A stretch of 64,000 nt of DNA from Eledone cirrhosa (taxonomy: Eukaryota), in the NCBI GenBank assembly GCA_964016885.1, contig OZ024742.1:197532001-197596000 (forward strand), in the 5' to 3' direction. The notes under the pieces are model-generated. The model had not been told where the DNA came from and did not search any database. It saw nothing but the letters and a program-made list of their open reading frames with translations. This document shows, one piece after another, positions 40,340 through 54,325 of the stretch (positions are counted from its first letter, which is position 1; every line of letters begins with the position of its first letter). Both the position numbers and the translations under genes were made by a program.

Positions 40340-40920
40340 ATACTTTGGGAGGGTCATGTTGCCAATAAGAAACACACGCACCAGTTGCTTTCACTTCAAT
40401 TTATCATAATAAATTTATAAATTTAGGAATTTATAAATTTCCGGTTGGTTGGTTGGTTCCACAACCAGATGGTTGTTTATATATTGTCAAAGTTCTTTCG
40501 TCACACATTCTGTGACCTCTTCAGTGACTGGGGATTCTTTTCTTTGTTTTTGTGCCTCTCCTTTGTTCTGTCCTACGCCATCTTGTTGGCTAAACTATTG
40601 TGGCTAAACAAGATGGCGTAGGACAGAACAAAGGAGAGGCAAAAAAACAAAGGAAAGAATCCTCAGTCACTGAAGAGGTCACAGAATGTGTGACGAAAGA
40701 GCTTTGACAATATATAAACAACCATCTGGTTGTGGAACCAACCAACCAACCGGAAATTTATAAATTCCTAAATTTATAAATTTATTATAATAAATTGAAG
40801 TGAAAGCAACTGGTGCATGTGTTTCTTATTGGCAACATGACCCTCCCAAAGTATAACAATATCGGTTTCAACACACGTTTTCAGATAAAGAATCTTGGTA
40901 AACAAATTCTGAAACGAAAT
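40333..40920. mobile_element. palindromic solo pLTR pair of PLE family A with HHRs on both strands (40486-40528 minus, 40666-40708 plus)
   Basis: Inverted arms of ~255 bp matching 6664-6915, flanked by (TA)n. Confidence 0.85.
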
Positions 40921-40958
40921 ATATATATATATATATATAAATATATATACATATATAA

Positions 40959-41066
<108 letters not shown>

Positions 41067-42117
41067 TATATATATATATATTTATATATATATATATACG
41101 TATGTATATATGTATATATGTATATGTATATATGTATATGTATATATGTATGTATATATGTAACTCATTCGCCTTATGTTTTTACCTAATAAATGTGACG
41201 AAGTTAAAAAAACATTAAACGTCCACCCACTGGTAACTCTGCAATCGTCACGTGTCGTCTTATAATGACGTTATAGTATGGACCAATATTGTTGTTATTG
41301 CCACTGTAGTACATAACCAGATTGGTTGTTCCTGCTGCCATGACACTATTGTGGCTAAACCCATATCAACCTCACTTTGTTTTGTCATTGTTGCTACTGT
41401 TAGGACAAAAGCGTTCCATTTATGACCACCCAGTTTTTTCTTCTACAGATTAAGGGACGAAACACTTACTTAAGACCTGCTGTCCAGCTCTCTTGAGAAT
41501 TTCTTATAACTATCTCATTCTACACTGTGTTTTTCTGGGGGGTGCGGGAGTTCTTGTGTTTTAATAAGATGATCGGTGAGATTAGCCTGTTATTTTTAGC
41601 AGGACAAGCTGGCCGTAGCTTACATCTGTTGTTACAGCGACAAATCTACTGGTACTGCTGATTTCAGTAAAATATACAAGATATAAGATTCTATATATTA
41701 AGTTGTGCGCTAAACAGACGAAATATATTATTAAGTTATATCGATATGTATACAGAATAGAGATAACGAAGACTGTGTAAATGTGTATATAAATTTACTC
41801 ATTTTTAGTATATAGATATGTAAATTCTTACAGAATGAAAATATAAACACCTATAATACAATTAATACTTCATAGTTGCACAAACGTTTGCAATTCCTTC
41901 AGAATGAAAATATAAACAGAGCATATAAATAAATTTACAGTAGAATAACATAACAAATATGTTTTAAATATATACATAAATAACATTATAAATGCTTCGG
42001 TAACACTATAAAGGATGATACAATGAAAGATATATTCTTTTAATGTTACAAGAAAATGTAAAAGAACCAACACCAGAGCAAAAGACAGCAACGTCACGTT
42101 TGCTGGGCAACCTCTCT

Positions 42118-42225
42118 AATGAATTTTGAGGCAAGCCAGCACACTCGCAGCGTTGCCTCTGGTGATGGCGAAGCTGATGCGCTGAAACAGCCAAGTACCC
42201 TCGCGTAATTCGCCAGACACCTCTG
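42118..42225 (-). mobile_element. extreme 3' coding end of a second CRE-like family
   Basis: Minus strand reads EVSGELREGTWLFQRISFAITRGNAASVL. Confidence 0.6.
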
Positions 42226-42231
42226 TGTATG

Positions 42232-42276
<45 letters not shown>

Positions 42277-42280
<4 letters not shown>

Positions 42281-42889
42281 TCAGGTCACCAGTTGGTGCT
42301 ACTGGTAACATGTATCTCAGTACAACCTGTCCTATGGTCGGGTCGTTGGCGACTAAACTGGCAACCCCACCATGGTTTCTTGGTGAGAAGAGTGACTTTG
42401 GACATCCTGCAGGACTAAAAACAAAACCTGTCAAAGGGCAAAGGAGCTCTTAAGAGTCAATGGCCATCCAAAATCAGCGGGAGAGATGACCCCTTAGCTT
42501 TTGTCAAGGCAGAATTCTAGGAGAAGGAAAACTCTGATATAACACCTGCAACCCTGATGGTATCCAATGATGTTGACTTGTTCTTCTTTTTGGTAAATAT
42601 CATCTTGGTTAAGAGAGTGGGACTGGCTTTGTGCAGTGCCTTTGCTCACTATAAAAGCTTCACGGCACAGGCATTGCTTTATATCTGGAGATCTCTCTGC
42701 ACTTGTCGTCACATGGTACCATGGGCCCTGCACTATGTGTCAACAATTGTCACAAGTGTAGTGTTTGTACCAGAGTTTTCAAGTCGCTGGCTGGACTAAA
42801 AAGTCACACTCGTTCAGCGCCTCGGTAGGGCTCTCCTACATGGATATAAAGTAGTGGCCGTACTCGAAAAACGAGTTGGCAGCTACCAT
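42277..42889 (+). mobile_element. longest copy (~610 bp) of the non-autonomous RTE-related element
   Basis: Matches the copies at 0.7-2.8 kb and extends them 5'. It lacks Pol III A/B boxes and is flanked by (TA)n. Confidence 0.75.
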
Positions 42890-43005
42890 ATATATATACG
42901 TTATTCCGGGTTGAATCGGAGGTAACCACACACATATATATATATATATATGTGTGTGTAAATATCCCAAATATACGTATTTACATTTAAATTGAAAAAT
43001 GATAA

Positions 43006-43054
43006 ACACCTTTATTCGATTTTCGAACCTAGTGTATCCTTCATCAGAAGGTGT
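43006..43054 (-). ncRNA. minimal type-I hammerhead in a solo pLTR-like segment
   Basis: acacctt-CTGATGA-A-ggat(acactag)gttc-GAAA-atcgaa-TA-aaggtgt, with a 7-bp stem I. Confidence 0.75.
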
Positions 43055-43203
43055 GTATATCATCCAAACAAAGAAATACATAATCGAGGGGTTTTATACT
43101 CTATCACTTAGAATAGTATCCTGAATTAGACGTAATAATTTGCTTATAGCAAGGAAGAGAAGAGAACTCTGTCAAATGTATCATTTATCATTATTTCTCC
43201 TCA

Positions 43204-43384
43204 TGGATTGGCAGTACCGGTAGAGGGTCGGACGCCATGCTTTGACGCATAGAGTTACGGCCCTTGCCATTCTGAGTTCAAATCCCGCCGAGGTTAACTT
43301 TGCCTTTCATCGTTTTGGGGTCGATAAAATAAAGTACCAGTAATACACTGGGTAATTGCTGGCCCTGTGCCAAAAGTAGAAACA
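43204..43384 (+). mobile_element. complete tRNA-derived SINE with TSD
   Basis: A/B boxes and a Meta-like core. The 14-bp TSD ATTATTTCTCCTCA is at 43190-43203 and 43385-43398. Confidence 0.85.
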
Positions 43385-43490
43385 ATTATTTCTCCTCACA
43401 CTACATTAACATACGTCAATGTTTGATTTTGACTGAGTTGACTTTAACCGAGAAAATCACAACTAATCTCTCTCGGCCGTCAACTACATA

Positions 43491-43531
<41 letters not shown>

Positions 43532-43660
43532 ATATATATATATGTATGTATATAGATATATATATAGATAGATATATAGATATATGTATAGATATATATA
43601 CATATATATATATATATAAATATATACACATATATACATATATATATATATATACATATT

Positions 43661-43694
<34 letters not shown>

Positions 43695-43706
43695 GGTATA
43701 CATATA

Positions 43707-43741
<35 letters not shown>

Positions 43742-43806
43742 GTATACATATATATATAAATGTGTGTGTGTGTGTGTGTTTGTATGTATGTATGCATGTA
43801 TGTATA

Positions 43807-43906
43807 CAGGATATCCCAAAAAATATATACACACTTTGATTACCAGTACAGGCAATATTTATTAGAATGCTTTTGAAGTGTGTATACATTTTTGGAGGAC
43901 ACCCTG
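43807..43906. mobile_element. 100-bp Tc1/mariner-type MITE
   Basis: TA-CAGGATATCCCAAAAAATATATACACACTT...AAGTGTGTATACATTTTTGGAGGACACCCTG-TA. Confidence 0.75.
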
Positions 43907-43929
43907 TATATATATATATATATATATAG

Positions 43930-44033
<104 letters not shown>

Positions 44034-44340
44034 TTTGCCCACTTATTCCTGTGAAGGTCGTGAGAGCATGCTTTCTAGCGGGCCCTGTCAGAGGCAACCA
44101 CTTCCAATTGATCCGGCTGGATCTCCAAGCCCAAGCGACACATGCCAAGTTCATGGATGTTATCCAAACATCTTGCCGGCGTCTACGCCTGCGTCTCCTG
44201 CCAACTGGTTTTGCTCGTAAAATCTGGCAGTATCGTTAAAGCGTCAAACAGAATAACTTGAGATATCAGTTCCAGTTCTCTGTGTTATAAGTTCAATGAT
44301 GTCAACTTCGTCTTTTCTCCTTTCGGGGTTTATAAATGGT

Positions 44341-44588
44341 GGAGGTGCCTGGCCTAGCCTAGTGGTAAGGGTGTTGGACTTCCTGGGCTGAGTTGTGCGT
44401 TGTGTTCTTGAGCAAAACATTTCATGTTCAAGCTGCTCCAGTATACTCAACTGAAAATCAATACCATCAATAGCCTGCGTTGGACTGGCGTCCTGTTCAG
44501 GGGGGAGTCTTGTACTCTCAGTTGTTTCACGCCACGAAACCAGGATAAGCACCAGCCTAACGTGCCCTCTGGCTTTAGACAGACTTTA
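44341..44588 (+). mobile_element. tRNA-derived SINE of a second family
   Basis: A-box GGCCTAG..TAGTGGTAAG, then TGTGTTCTTGAGCAAAAC and a V-SINE-like CCTGCGTTGGACTGGCGTCCTGTTCAGGGGG segment. Confidence 0.6.
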
Positions 44589-44621
44589 GGTTTATAAATG
44601 ATATACCAGTCCAACTATTTC

Positions 44622-44708
<87 letters not shown>

Positions 44709-45567
44709 GTTGTATATGTAATTCAATGTTCCAGCTTTGTCACAATGTGTCACGTTAACTTGACTTGAATTTGCGATAAGTGTATACGTGTCTGTGGAAT
44801 ACTCAGCCGTTTACACGTTAATTTCACAAGTAGGAAAAGAGTTGTTTGTATTAACTGCTCATTGTCGTGATAGACGGGGAATCAACGCCATCACCAGAAG
44901 TTAGTCTTATAGAATCTATAATAATACTATTCTGTTTACAACATGTGTTCGGCTACTGCGTTTTTAACAACCTCAACTATGAAATAAACTCAGACAAAAT
45001 CGAAATATTTAACATTATGAAGTAATGTTAGTCTGTCTCAAACCCAGAAGATCATCCGGTCAGTGTTTATCCCGGTTTCCTCAGCCTTGAGCGACTAATA
45101 ATACAGACCCACCAGTCACCCATACCCGTGAACTGAGGTTCATTTTCAACCGAGTTTACAGGATCAACGTGAAATGAAGTGTTTTTCACAAGAACACAAT
45201 GCTCTAACTGGTCCAGTAATCGAACCGAAAGATCAATACATTTAAATGAGGAATTTCCATGGGTCCCGCTACCTAAAATAACATGTATATGAACTAAACG
45301 TGTAGTAAGATTGATATGTGATAACTGACCTACAGAATGGAGATAAAGAACTGCAATTTCTGTAATAAATTACAGTAAAGAAAAGTCAGAGACAAACAGT
45401 CTTGAAAAACAATCAATAAGTACTCTTTGCTCTCGAATAATCTCCCACCGACTCCACCCCTGCGCTTATCAATTTTTTAGATTTTTTTTCAAAACCCCCT
45501 CTACCCGCTCTTATTCCACCACCTACCTACCCCCACTCTTATTTCTCCCTCTCAATAGAATCTAGAC

Positions 45568-47891
45568 CAGTGCTTCTCAACCTTTTTCAGCCCATGGACC
45601 ATTTTATCTTCAAAAATTCCAATGGACCACTCCTACTTTTACTTTTAAGCTGTTCCATTTTCACACTAAAATACTTAATGAAAAGACAAAATAGTCTATT
45701 TACACTTTAAAATTTATTTTAGTAAACAAGGATAAACACAGGATATCAAAATCAATTTTGATGAAGTCATTCAGTTTTAGTCCATTCAGCTAGTGACTAC
45801 CTTGATCTTGGTGTTTCTGACACAAGATATCATAATCAATTTTGATGAAGTCATTCAGTCTTAGTCTGATAGTTCCTCTGCTGTTGAGATCTAATTTATT
45901 TCCTTTTCTACTGAAAACATCCACAACAGCTGAAAATCCAGATTCCACCATCCATGTGGTAGGGAAAGAAATGATGCTTGCTTCTAGATGTTGAAAAATA
46001 TTTGGGTGTGAGTTCTTTATTGATGTGTAGGCAAAGACACCTTCTTTGTCAACTCTTCTCAGTTTTACATTCTCTTTCAAGTCTAACAACATTTCAGCCA
46101 ACTCAACATTTTCATCTCCTGGCTCATAATTTTCTAGGTCTACAAACCAGAGTGGATAATCCATCTTTAATAGATCATTGTATCTTCTCTCAAAGTCTAC
46201 ATGAAGACCTTCAAGATGGGCAATGCATGCAGCAATGCATTCTGATGTAGGAGCAGTGGTGTTGAAATTTTGAAATGATGCTAAATTTCTTTTCTCAAAC
46301 TGTTTTTTCCAAAATTTCCTTAGCTGTATCAGCTTGCTTCTTGGAGTTGTAATGAGTCATTTGGGACTTGAACATGAGAATGTTGATTAATGGTTCCCAC
46401 AAATTCACTAGTCTTTCAAGGCTCAGGCCTTTTGACAACCATCTTACTTCTGTGTGAAGCAATAGGGTTTTAAAATTTTCATCTTCACAGAATTGCACAA
46501 AAAATCTATTATTCACTGAGTTTGATTTGACAAAGTTAATTGCATGTATGGCAGTGTTGAGTGCTTCTTGCATGTCTCCTCCAATATTCTTAGCAACCAA
46601 ATGCTGTCTGTGGATAATGCAATGTATATAAAAGATGTGAGGAGCAACTGATTTCATTCTAGAAACAAAGCCTGTCACTTTTCCAGTCATGGCTGCAGCC
46701 TCATCTGATGCAATGTTGATCAAATTAGTCAATGGAATATGTTGATCATTAAAATACTGCATTACTTCATTGAATATATCTTCTTCATTAGTAGTTTCAG
46801 GCTAACTTTTAATGAATAACATTTCTTCCCTTATATCATCTTCATGGATGAATCTGACATAGACCAGAAGGATAGCTTGGTTATGAATTGTGCTTTCATC
46901 AACCTGGATAGAACACTTTGTCTTTTGCAGAATTTCCACCATCTTCTCCTCAACAAAATTAGACATTTCATCCTGTCTTCTTGTAATAGTGTCATTTGAA
47001 AGTGGAATTGTACTCAGGGTAGATGCAGCATCTTTTCCCAGAACCTCATTTGCACAAGCTATCATAGCAGGCTTGACAAGCTTCTCACCATAAACCTGAG
47101 GTGCTGCAACCTTGGCAATAATTTCAGAGACCAAATAACTTGGTTTGAGTGTCTTTGCTTTTGTAGTATTCATCTTCTTTACAAAGTCGGATAGTTTGAC
47201 TGGCTGTCTTTTATTTTTATTCTCAAAATATTCCCTATCTTTACCAACAGATGATGGATGCTTTGATTTCTGGTGCTGCTCCAGGTTAACTTTCTTCATG
47301 GAATGATTTGTCAAGATGGCACCACATTCAAGACACATAGGTTTTGAGTCTACAGATACACAGCCAAACATGATAAAATCTTCTGTGTAATTCCTCAGTT
47401 TTGCCTTTTTAGCAGTTGGTTCAGACATTCTTACAACTGATATGAAAAAAAATAAAAATAATAAATACTTTATTTCTATAAATTAGAAATATCAAATTTA
47501 TTATCAAACAATATTGTGTAGTGATCTATTAGCATAGGAATAATTTTTTTGGTCCTTCTGGCGGATATATGTACCGAGTCTTTGCTATTCTCTTGAATAT
47601 CTTACTATAATTTGCCGAATGTCCGTCTGTCTGTCCGTTTTAGTTATCAACGAAGAAGATTTTTCGGTACGTACAATCATTACAAGTACCATTTTTTATA
47701 TGAATAAAAAAATAAATATAGCACTGCATAATACCTACGTAATTTCGAAATTTTCAAATATAATGGACATGTGTTATTAAACAAAATATTATATTAGTTA
47801 CATTTTTGTGAAATGGCTACAATTTTTTTATGGCTACGAATTCTCTGTGGACCACTAGAAATGCTATGTGGACCACCGGTTGAGAATACTG
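45568..47891 (-). mobile_element. hAT DNA transposon, Charlie/Buster-like, with both termini (2324 bp)
   Basis: TIRs CAGTGCTTCTCAACC / GGTTGAGAATACTG and an exact 8-bp TSD ATCTAGAC (45560-45567, 47892-47899). Confidence 0.93.
45790..47428 (-). pseudogene. disrupted hAT (Buster/ZBED5-like) transposase
   Basis: BED-like CLEC...H...H, QVDEST, CIIHRQHL, LLHTEVRWLSKG and FPTTWMVESGFS, split over ORFs 46802-47428, 46295-46762 and 45790-46164. Confidence 0.9.
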
Positions 47892-48392
47892 ATCTAGACT
47901 ATATCTATCCGGTAGCATCTGGCCTTCTGGATGGAGAATACAATATGTTTTTCGAAAACACCCCTCTGCCTAAGGCCTGAACGCGTCGCTTTTCATCCGC
48001 GCAAAGGACGATACGGTATGGATGTCTTTAATGTTCCCAGCTATATTGCAGTGTTTTGCTCTCATTCGCACCAGTAACAAATTTGGTGCTTTCTCAGGCC
48101 CGCGAAGACTACGCTGTTAATTTTTAGAGGCAGCCTTTACTCGCTTCGTTGCAGCTACATCAATGAGTTGTTAGAGTTTACTTGCGAGCTAACAGTGTTA
48201 CGCATTGCTCCATCTCCTCTAGTAACTTGTCACTGTTGGTCTTGGGTTCTTTATTCCTCCGGCAGCAGCCTGCCTATATCGCAACTAACCCTCGTATCTC
48301 GGTTTCTCGGCAGAGCTGTTCAACTAAAGAAGGGGTCACAGGGGCGTATAGCGATAGCGTCACCAGATATGAGGGTTAGTTCCGATACATAT

Positions 48393-48507
<115 letters not shown>

Positions 48508-48851
48508 CAAGCTATTTAAACGTAATGTTATTATTCTACTCATTCCTTATTGTAGGTCGACTTTGCTTGGCCACAGCCAAAACTTCGATTTTACTAAGCT
48601 TCCACTTGTATTATTATCTCCTAGACATAATAATTAATTAATTAATTTAATTAGACAATTCTGTTGATTGGTTAATTATTAGTGTTTGTTTAATAACGTC
48701 TAGTTGAGAGCTTTTATTCGGAATGTTGAGCGGAAATATTTTCCTTTGTTAACACTTTGAATTTACCCGCCAAAAACCGGGGATTGCTTCCCTTGTTGGA
48801 AATAACACGTGACAACGAAATGATTGAAGGCTGTCTATTGTTGCGGTCGCA

Positions 48852-49780
48852 TTGAGTTAGAAGGGAGGAGAGAACCAGATAGTTTATCTATTAGACAAAC
48901 TATCTGGTTCTCTCCTCCCTTCTAACTCAACGTTAAAACCAAAGTAGGCAAAAAATGTCTAGCCCTCTTAGATAGACACTTTCCCATAAGTCATAAATGT
49001 CGCTCCATCTTTAACAGACACCAAGTAAAACTAGGATACTCCTGCGCTAAGAACATGAAGGCCCACATCACCAACAACCCTAAGAGCAACACCCCACCAG
49101 GGTGCTCTTGCCGAAAGCCCGAAGCTTGTCCCCTTCAGCAGCAATGCAACACACCCGCTGTAGTTTATGAAGCTGTGGTCACTTCCAACCGACCAAATCA
49201 ACCACAGGAGATCAAATCCTATGTGGGTATGGCGGAGGGCCGATTTAAGGAACGCTTCCAGAACCACCAGTCGACCTTTAGGTACCCGGACAAACGTTCA
49301 TCCACGAAACTCGCGTGCCACGTATGGTCCCTCAAGGACTCAAGTATATACGACTCCATTCAATGGAAAGCCATCACGAAGTCCAAGCCATGCGCAAGGG
49401 GAAATCCGTCGTGTGGACTATGTATTGATGAACGAATAAATATTCTAAAGAGATTACGCAATAGCGATTGCCTAAACTAAGAAGTGAATTCTTCACACGT
49501 TGTCCAAACGTCTGGAAACACCTCTTCCACAACTACAAAGCTCCGGGTGGAATAACAACAACATCCTAATTTTCTTATCAACTAGAAACTTTCGGACTTT
49601 CGGAGTTATCTCCTTTACACCTCTCGCACGCAATTTAGTATTGCCTGGTGAAGTTTCTGCGCATGCGCGTTCGTACGGTTGTCCTTCCCGTTCCGTATAA
49701 CCATGTCCATTACGAGCTGAAGATCCGCTAAAGTGAAACAATTGTTCTCGGTTTGCTGAACTAACTGTTGTGTAACCACT
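48852..49780 (+). mobile_element. 5'-truncated PLE (probably Hydra-like) with a 5' fold-back palindrome (48852-48930) and HHR (49713-49750)
   Basis: IWFSPPF, CSCRKPEACPL, VVYEA...YVG...FKERFQNH, CGLCIDE. The HHR reads cgag-CTGAAGA-T...GAAA-caattg-TT-ctcg, with stem II shortened. Confidence 0.85.
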
Positions 49781-49912
49781 ATATATATATATATATATAT
49801 ATAAATATGAGATATATATATATATCTTATATATATATATATCATCATAATCGTAAAATGATGATGATGATGATGATAATATATATATATATAAGATATA
49901 TATATATAAGAT

Positions 49913-50034
<122 letters not shown>

Positions 50035-50326
50035 GAGGATATATATATATAAAATATATATATATAGGAAATATATATATATAAAATATATATATAGGAA
50101 ATATATATATATAATATATATATATAACACATATAAAATATATGACACAGAGGTCTGTGTCAGGCTCGTCTGTTTTATTTATTACATAACTAAAAAGCTC
50201 TGTAGTCTACATAGAGCACTCCTCTTTCCTTAAAACTTTCCTACGGAAACACTTCATGTAAATATATATATATAGATAGATAGATATAAAATATATATAT
50301 ATATATAGTAATAATAATAAATTTGA

Positions 50327-50398
<72 letters not shown>

Positions 50399-50416
50399 AT
50401 ATATATAATATATATA

Positions 50417-50483
<67 letters not shown>

Positions 50484-50489
50484 TATATA

Positions 50490-50652
50490 TAATTGTTTCT
50501 ACTTTAGGCACAAGGCCAGCAATTACCCAGTTCATTACTGGTACTTTATTTTATCGACCCCGTAAGGATGAAAGGCAAAGTCAACCTCGGCGGGATTTGA
50601 ACTCAGATCGTAAAGGAACGTAACTATGCTGGAAAGCATGGCGTCCGACCCT
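50490..50652 (-). mobile_element. tRNA-derived SINE (same family as 43204-43384)
   Basis: Reverse complement of the B-box, core and tail. Confidence 0.8.
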
Positions 50653-50759
50653 CTATATATATAATATAATATAATATATATATATATATATAATATAATA
50701 TAATATATATATATATAATATATATACATATATATATATATATAAATCAGGAAAGAAGG

Positions 50760-51289
50760 TAAACATGGTTTGCTATACAAAAAAGGTTTAATCACATAGC
50801 TTACATTTGTTTCACTTAGCTGGCAGGTCTAGAGATCGCTATTCGCTTATTTTCGCGTTACTCGATCGCCAATACAAAATTATAACCAGTCAGATCTTCG
50901 GAGCATGCGAGAATGAAGAAAATACACAGGCAAGAAAAGAATATATACAGGCTACTATATGAAGTAGTAATGGCATTCAATTAGAACAATAACAACAATT
51001 ACAACAATGCTATCAATAAATTATCTAAGGAGACCCTGACATTACTTAGGTGGGGGTATATAATGTATCTAACGTTACGGCGTGTAAAACTAGCTGTCAT
51101 GAGGCAAAAGAAAGCGTTTGGCATGTACAGAGTATCGGAGTGTATATCAATTTTAAATTTTAAAGATAAGCTAGTGTTTATAGTCTTTCTCTTCATCTTC
51201 AATAGTATACATGAGTGGGACAACATTGTTAAAGCTAAATAGTTGTTGAGTTAATACAGAGGTTAACGAAGTAATATACGCATATATTT

Positions 51290-51360
<71 letters not shown>

Positions 51361-53200
51361 CATATATACACATGCATATGTACATAGACACATACATACA
51401 CATCAATATATACTCGTACAAAAATATACATACATGCAAAGAGATAAGCGTGCTAATTGTAATTATGGCAAAGAAGGTAAAGTTACATTGTAGTAGTGAT
51501 TTGAGAAAAACTAGGATTTAGGATCAAATGATAGCAGCAGCTGAGAAGGAATAAGTTTGTTGGTAGATGAGGTACTTACAGACAATTATGTGGTATAGAC
51601 TTGTGAAGGATATAGTATACTTAATGAATATATTTCTGTGGGTAGTAGTTATCCTAATTTAAAGCTATGTTATGTTGGTTCGATTCACGGAGGTTTGAAT
51701 CTTATGAATTTAGTGGCTATTCTATGTCTGCAGAAGATAGATCTTTCTAACTTATTGTTAAGTAGCCTTTTTACATTTTTAAGGATATACAATAGCTCAA
51801 GATCACATAGCCCGCAGTGGGACATCCCTGTACTATAGGTTTTAGCAGCCGACAACTTCGACCAGTTGATACTGTAGTTAGTGTTGCTGTCCTTCAATTC
51901 CCATATTTTTTTGGCGAGGGTTGTGGAACCCATAAGTGCACGGTTTTTCATTGAGTGTCTGTGCACATACCATCTTTTTTTTAAAGAACCCGCGGTGGAT
52001 CCTATGTAATTCCAGGTGGAGTTACCCGAGATGACCGTGCACATGTACACCAGGCTCGAATCGAGACATCTGTTCGCCAATGGGCACCTATCTGGGAGGT
52101 GACAGTTACAGTTTGAGGCGCTGTTTTGTGCAGCTTTTACATTCCTGTTTAGTACTCTGTTATAAGTGGGTTGTGATATACGCCCAATGGGGTTTTGCTG
52201 CTGCGCGTTTGTATGCGCTTGTGGTTGTGATGTTGTGATGTGTTTGTGCTTATGTATAGATGCAGTTGATTTACTAGAGATATTTCTGTGGTTGATCTTG
52301 CGTATGTGTGATTCTATGTTAGCTGCTGTTGAGAATGAGAGTTTTATAGTAGATCTATTGAGTATTTTGTGATATCTATGCGAGATAGGGAAGTGTTTAT
52401 CTATTAGTTTAAAGAATGTAGAGGGCAGTCTAGTTTTTATAGAGGAGTTGAATATTGGGTTGAACCATAGGTATTTTCTTTGTCTGTTTCTTCTATTGTT
52501 TCTTGGGTTTATGTTATTAGTGTTTTGGCCGTTTACTCCAGGTGTTACGTATCTAACCCTATGTCTAGTCAAGCTATTTCTATTATTATGTGAGCGGTTG
52601 GAGTAGTAATTACTAGGATTGTTTACGTTGTCCTTAATCACTATATACTGTAGTTTATCTTTATGACCGGCCCTACTTAATGCTGCATTATAATAGTCAG
52701 CATGCTCGTTAAAGATGTCTAGGTTTGAGGATAGGCGGGATATTCGGAGGGCTATGGATCTAATTATGGATTTGGGGTGATTTGAGTTGTAACTAATGTA
52801 GGCAAGATTTTCATTATTTTTGTGGAAAGGTTCTATTAATCCAGTATTTAGATTTAGAGTTACATCTAGAAAATTTACCTTCTTATGGTTTAGTTCGTAG
52901 GTAATACTTAGGCCTAGTTTTTTGAAGAATATTCTAATATTTTTTCTTAGTCTTTCCATGCTCTGGTTATTTAGGTTCCTAGTATAAGTAACGTGTCGTC
53001 CCTATAAATTCCTCCTTGGAGGTTACTGAATTCCTTATGTAGGTTGTGTGCTATAAATAGCCCCACGATATCTGTAATTTGCGCAGAATCATTTGAACCC
53101 ATTGTTATATCGAAGCTATTTATTCTATCCTTTCTTACCCAGTAGCTATTTTCAAATTTTATGATAGTCCTTCTAGCCGCTATTATTATTTCAATTTCAA
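50760..53200 (-). mobile_element. PLE (probably Hydra-like): RT C-half plus GIY-YIG, 5'-truncated
   Basis: FDITMGSNDSAQ...IYRDD at 52990-53120. ORF 51685-52959 has NFLDVTL, SNHP, WFNP, CNC..CPL, LVY...YIGST...KKRW..H, CGLC and CRH. Confidence 0.88.
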
Positions 53201-53205
53201 TGGCC

Positions 53206-53310
53206 AGTGGATTGGTAGTATCGGTAGAGGGTCGGACGCCATGCTTTGACGCATAGAGTTACGGCCCTTGCCATTCTGAGTTCAAATCCCGCCGAGGTTA
53301 ACTTTGCCTT
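53206..53310 (+). mobile_element. SINE 5' part at the PLE truncation point
   Basis: Nearly identical to 43204-43305. Confidence 0.8.
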
Positions 53311-53709
53311 AATGATCCCCGCCAGAAACGAATTCAAAATGGCTAAGAACTGTGACGTGTCATTGGTCAAGTCAGAAAGAATGTGATTGGTGCTTTGCGG
53401 CGAGTGGGCTTGTTGCTAGAAAGCGCAGCCAAATACTGTCTAATTTGCATCTCAACCATATGGGAGATTATCAAATATAAAGATTTACATATACATAAAC
53501 TAGACAAAGTCATAGATATATATATATGTGTTTTTTGCGACCATTCACGATGTGGCTCAATGAGGAATTAATTAATTAAATAATCAACAATCAGAGCAAT
53601 ATACAATAAAGTATGTCCATAGAATCATTTGATAAAATATATACACCATCTCCTCTCCCAATCAGCATAATCAACCACATAAAAAACCAATTAAACATAT
53701 ATATATATC

Positions 53710-53794
<85 letters not shown>

Positions 53795-53853
53795 CAAGGC
53801 TCTGATACCATCAACACTATACACACAGAGCTGGCATATCTAAGAACTGACTA

Positions 53854-53909
53854 ACTGCCTGAAGAGGTCATAGCCATTCAATGGATATCATCGAAATATA
53901 TATAGCAGT
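53854..53909 (+). ncRNA. minimal type-I hammerhead in a solo pLTR-like segment
   Basis: actgc-CTGAAGA-[stem II with 2 mismatches]-GAAA-tatata-TA-gcagt. Confidence 0.65.
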
Positions 53910-53950
53910 AAATAAAGGATTATGAGTTCATGCAATTGACATATGTTTCG

Positions 53951-54005
<55 letters not shown>

Positions 54006-54039
54006 AGAAATTAAAAGATGGTTAAAGAAGTTCCATATA

Positions 54040-54105
54040 TTTTATTATACGTATTTCGAAAACAACATCATCTTGGGACAAAAATTGTGTTCTCATCAGA
54101 TAAAA
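54040..54105 (-). ncRNA. minimal type-I hammerhead; a partial inverted copy lies at ~55148-55216
   Basis: ttttat-CTGATGA-gaacacaa...ttgttttc-GAAA-tacgta-TA-ataaaa, with a palindromic stem III. Confidence 0.7.
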
Positions 54106-54242
54106 TAAGGTAACATGATATGAGGCCTAAAAACACTTGTCAAAAGGAAAGTAGGAAAATAGAAAAAAGGAAAAGAAGAAGGAGAAAAAGGAAAAAGAAA
54201 GTGAGGAGAGGAAAAAAGAAAAAAGAAAGAAAGAAGAGAGAA

Positions 54243-54325
<83 letters not shown>

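Noticed and set aside
42277-42370. HDV-like ribozyme at the 5' end of the RTE-related element
   Set aside because: A P4-like hairpin and CUAA are present, but I could not build consistent P1/P3/P1.1 pairings by hand.
43204-43300. tRNA genes
   Set aside because: The A/B boxes belong to SINE heads, and no cloverleaf can be formed.
50835-50880. Hammerhead in the pLTR of the PLE at 50760-53200
   Set aside because: Only a heavily decayed TGGCGA...GAAA pattern is present, too degenerate to support.
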